Shown here: positions 60,625 to 64,000 of the stretch, one piece after another
Layout of the letters: each line of letters starts with the position of its first letter
Numbering within the stretch: position 1 is the stretch's first letter
From: Felis catus
Lineage: Eukaryota
Length of the DNA: 64,000 bases
Direction of reading: 5' to 3'
Assembly (NCBI RefSeq): GCF_018350175.1
Contig: NC_058368.1
Coordinates: 76,696,001-76,760,000, forward strand
Made by a program: the position numbers and the translations under genes
The notes under the pieces: model-generated
Database searches by the model: none
What the model saw: the letters and a program-made list of their open reading frames with translations, nothing else
What the model was told of the DNA's origin: nothing

Positions 60625-61561
60625 CTGAGAAGAAAATAGAAGAAATTCACTCCCACCCCCGAAAAATGTGGCTTTTCCCGGATGGAACTCATTGTGCAAA
60701 ACAGCATGAAAGTAAAGACACTTTGGGCAAATTCGATGTAATGTTTACAAAATGCATTTATTAAACAGACTTTCTCCGATTGAAAATTTCCATTGCGGGC
60801 CCGGAAAAAGAACAAGGTCGGTTTCTATTAAATAAGCCTATTTTATGCAAACTTCCATGTCAAGTCAGCCGAAAACAGTTATAAAAGCATTCAGAGACGG
60901 AGGACCAGCCTGCGCCCCGGACAAAACCGTGAACTTGGTGAACTCCCTCTCTGGCACCTCCGGCTTCCCTTTATCAGCCCATTTCTTCCCTACCCCGGGG
61001 GGACTTTGCTACTTGGTTCTCAAAAGGGTCATTCAGTGTGCCCCTGCCACCGATTCGAATGCCAGAACCCCACACCAGGCATAGACTGCAGAAAGTGAAT
61101 TCAAGCCAAGGACTTTTCTCCCCCTCAGTTGTAGAAGAAATGTTTTCTCCAACTAAAGGGAAGGTGTTGGGGTGCAGGGGGAGCCTCCCTGGCCCCCACA
61201 TTACATCCTGGAAGACGATGCTTAGTCTTCTCACGTGGAGACCAGCTCGAGTACAGAGAAGCGTGTAGGTGTTTTTCCGGGATAACATAGAGCAGTGGTT
61301 GATGAACGGTGAACTCTCTGGAACTTCAGATTTTACAGGTATTTTCTTAAAGGACACTAAGAATACAGCTACTGTCCTGGGGGAGGGAAGGGAGTTCTGG
61401 GGCTTCAAAAGTGGCAGGTTTTTCAACTGAAAATGTCGTGAGGTAATGCAACTTTAAAAAAGAACATTATGGTCCCACCAAAGAACTGATAGAGAAATAG
61501 TAGGTCAATTAGACAGAAGAAAAGTAGTCAAACATAATGTGCAGAATTTTAAAATAATACT

Positions 61562-61716
61562 GGGGGCACCTGGGTGGCTCAGTCGGTTAAGCGCCCCACT
61601 TTGGCTCAGGTCATGATCTCACGGTTCATGGGTTCAAGCCCCAAATTGGGCTCTATGCTCACAGCATGGAGCCTGATTGAGACTCTCTCTCTCTGTCCCT
61701 CTGGGCCTTCCTTGCA

Positions 61717-61762
<46 letters not shown>

Positions 61763-61866
61763 ATAAATATAAACAAACTTTAAAAAAAAGTTTCTCTCCC
61801 TCTGCCCCTCCACCCTGCTCATGTGCACTCTCTCTAAAATATATATATATTTTTTTAATTTAAAAA
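61562..61866 (+). mobile_element. Can-SINE with doubled 3' end
   Basis: One head, two successive CT-region plus A-tail modules. Confidence 0.88.
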
Positions 61867-61922
61867 GTAATTTTAGAATTAATATATGCCCATTGCTTTT
61901 CCCAACTCAGAAAATACAGGAA

Positions 61923-62130
61923 TTTTTAATGTTTATTTATTTTTGAGAGAGACAGAGACACAGTGTTAGTGGCGGAGGGGCAGAGAGAGAGGGGGACACA
62001 GAATCTGAAACGGGCTCCAGGCTCCGAGCTGTCAGCACAGAGCCCGACGCGGGGCTGGAACTCAAAAACTGGGAGATCATGATATGAGCCGAAGTCGGAC
62101 GCTCAACTGACTGAGCCACCCAGGTGTCCC
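61923..62130 (-). mobile_element. Can-SINE
   Basis: TSD CAGAAAATACAG. Confidence 0.95.
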
Positions 62131-62166
62131 AGAAAATACAGAAATTGTTAAAGAAATTTTTTAAAT

Positions 62167-62395
62167 AGGGGTGCCTGGGTGGCTCAGTCGGTGGTTACGG
62201 GTTGAACTCTTGGTTTCGGCTCAGGTCATGAGCTCACAGATCATGGGATTGAGCCCGGTGTCAGGCTGTGGGCTGACAGTACAGAGCCTGCTTGGGATTC
62301 TCTCTCCCTCTCTCTCTCTCCACCCCTCCCTCCTCTCTCTCAAAATAAATACACATTAAAAAAAAAAGCACAAAAAAATTAAAAACGATGATCCT
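62167..62395 (+). mobile_element. Can-SINE, older
   Basis: GGGGTGCCTGGGTGGCTCAGTCGG head, A tail. Confidence 0.92.
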
Positions 62396-62552
62396 GGAAA
62401 TAGATGTTATACATGCAAGTACTACTCATATATATACACGTAGATACAGAGATAGGTAGATAACGTAGAGCTTTCCTGCATTTACCAAACCAAGTGAAGA
62501 GAGTGAGGTTAGTTGTGAAGGTCTGTGGAGAAGTTGATATTGGAGAGGATAT

Positions 62553-62764
62553 TCTTTTTTTTTTTTTTTTTTAATGTTTAGTTTTGAGAGAGAGGGAGCG
62601 TGCGACCAGGAGAGGGGCAGACAGAGAAGGGACAGAGGACCTAAAGCAGAGTCTGAGCTGTCAGCACAGAGCCCGATGCGGGGCTCGAGCTCACAAACCG
62701 TGAGATCGGGACCTGAGCCGAAGTGGGACAGCCAACCCAACCGACTGAGCCACGCGGGCGCCCC
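62553..62764 (-). mobile_element. Can-SINE
   Basis: Poly-T through GAGCCACGCGGGCGCCCC; TSD-like GAG.GGAT.TTCTT. Confidence 0.92.
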
Positions 62765-64000
62765 TCGAGTGGATCTTCTTACTGTGGTGTCATTCCATCC
62801 GTTCATTCAACAAAGCATCGTCCCAGGCAGCGCGAGGTCTATCAGCTGCCCCAGGTAATGAGACACAGCCTTGCCCTCAAGATATTGTCACTCTGTCGTG
62901 GAGGGCAGACGCGATCACAGCTCTCTGGTGTGATCTACTCTCACTAGACAGGGGTACAAACATACTGTTGTGCTGACCCTTCCCAGTCGAGCACACAAGC
63001 GTCCCCAGGTGCTTTCACGCACCGGATCCAGCGAGGAGCCTGCGGGCGGACCCAGGATCCGGTGCACCGCTTACTTAAGTCACACTCACACACGCCCTCA
63101 TCGCTCCCAAAGCACCCAGTCCAGGACCAGATGCTTAGGCACGTAGGTGGCTCCAGCTTCAGGCAAAATGGTTGCTGCGAGTTTTGCAAAATCATGCCAG
63201 CTCGGTCTCTCCTCTCCCCCGGCAGGCTTGTCCAGGCATTCCGCCCTCTCTCCGGCGTCCCCCACGTTGAAATGGGGGCTACTGCAGGGAGCTCAGTCCC
63301 CTCCCTCCCAAAGACCTGTGGCCTCCTAATGAAAACCCCTGCCTCCTTTGCCAGGCATTATAGACGCCAAAGGGAAGTGCAGCCTTTGCTAAGACAGAGG
63401 AAAAAGAAATCTGAAAAGATGATTCAGCGATCCGGCACCCCCTCACATACCCAAGCTGGGAGGGATTTGCATCACCCCCACATGGCCAAAGGCAGGAAGT
63501 CAAATGACTTGTTTTTTCCATAATTGGGAACATCCCAGATGTGTAGGAGATAGGCGATGTTTTTTGTGCTTGAATCTCACCAGCATGCTACATACACACA
63601 CGATTAAGTCCTTATAATAATGACACGTGTTACACGGAAAAGCACGAGGTAATGTGGACGTATCCACCAGAACTCTAAACTAGTATGCGGGTGGGGGCGG
63701 TGGTGGAAAACTGGGGTACAGAAGAAGGCTTTCCCAGGGGGATGATGGCAGGCTAAGGCTGCTGGGTGAATACGAGTTCGCCAGGTAAGTGGACAGGCAG
63801 GGACAGGTGTGCATGAGGGTCCATGGCCCAAAGGAGCTAGCTCGCCCAGGGAGACCCAGAGGTGACAGTGACCCAAGGTCAGGATGGAGGGGGGCCACCA
63901 GGTCCTGGTGGTACGCAGGGACTCCCCAGTGCAGACCAACGAGAGGCATGTGTTCGTGCAGAGCCCACGAGAAGGCGTGGAAAGCATCTTCCGGAAGGAC

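Noticed and set aside
781..62764. tRNA-like A/B boxes (TGGCTCAGTCGG, GTTCGAGCC)
   Set aside because: These are SINE heads with CT region and A tail; no cloverleaf tRNA gene seen.
3013..62858. Recurrent ORFs such as MAQSVKRPTSAQVMISRF... and ...RQRETEHERGRGRERG...
   Set aside because: Translations of Can-SINE bodies, not a gene family.
1..64000. SINE/L1 orientation skew (about 27 plus versus 16 minus SINEs) as proof of minus-strand transcription
   Set aside because: Skew is modest for this sample size; suggestive only.

Overview
Mammalian genomic DNA, almost certainly from a cat-family (felid) carnivore. It carries about 43 tRNA-derived Can-SINEs, including six near-identical copies resembling the young felid SINEC_Fc type, plus carnivore L1 3' ends and ancient eutherian repeats (L1M, L2, MIR, MLT1/MLT2/LTR16, MER5). 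I could not recognise any protein-coding exon, RNA gene or named gene, so the window reads as intronic or intergenic. Most listed ORFs are SINE- or low-complexity-derived. The main non-repeat landmark is a CpG island at about 27.1-27.95 kb, abutting a ~700 bp purine-only (GGA/GAG) tract. The best oddities are: a 105-bp, 2-mismatch duplicate 3,646 bp from its apparent donor; a G45 run inside a SINE; a perfect 15-bp inverted repeat in an old MER5-like element; tightly spaced inverted SINE clusters; homeodomain-site clusters; and a speculative chain of five minus-strand exon-like cassettes that splice in frame. I found no convincing evidence of a novel multi-gene system. Repeat family names come from recognising consensus motifs by eye, and repeat boundaries are approximate (about 10-50 bp).
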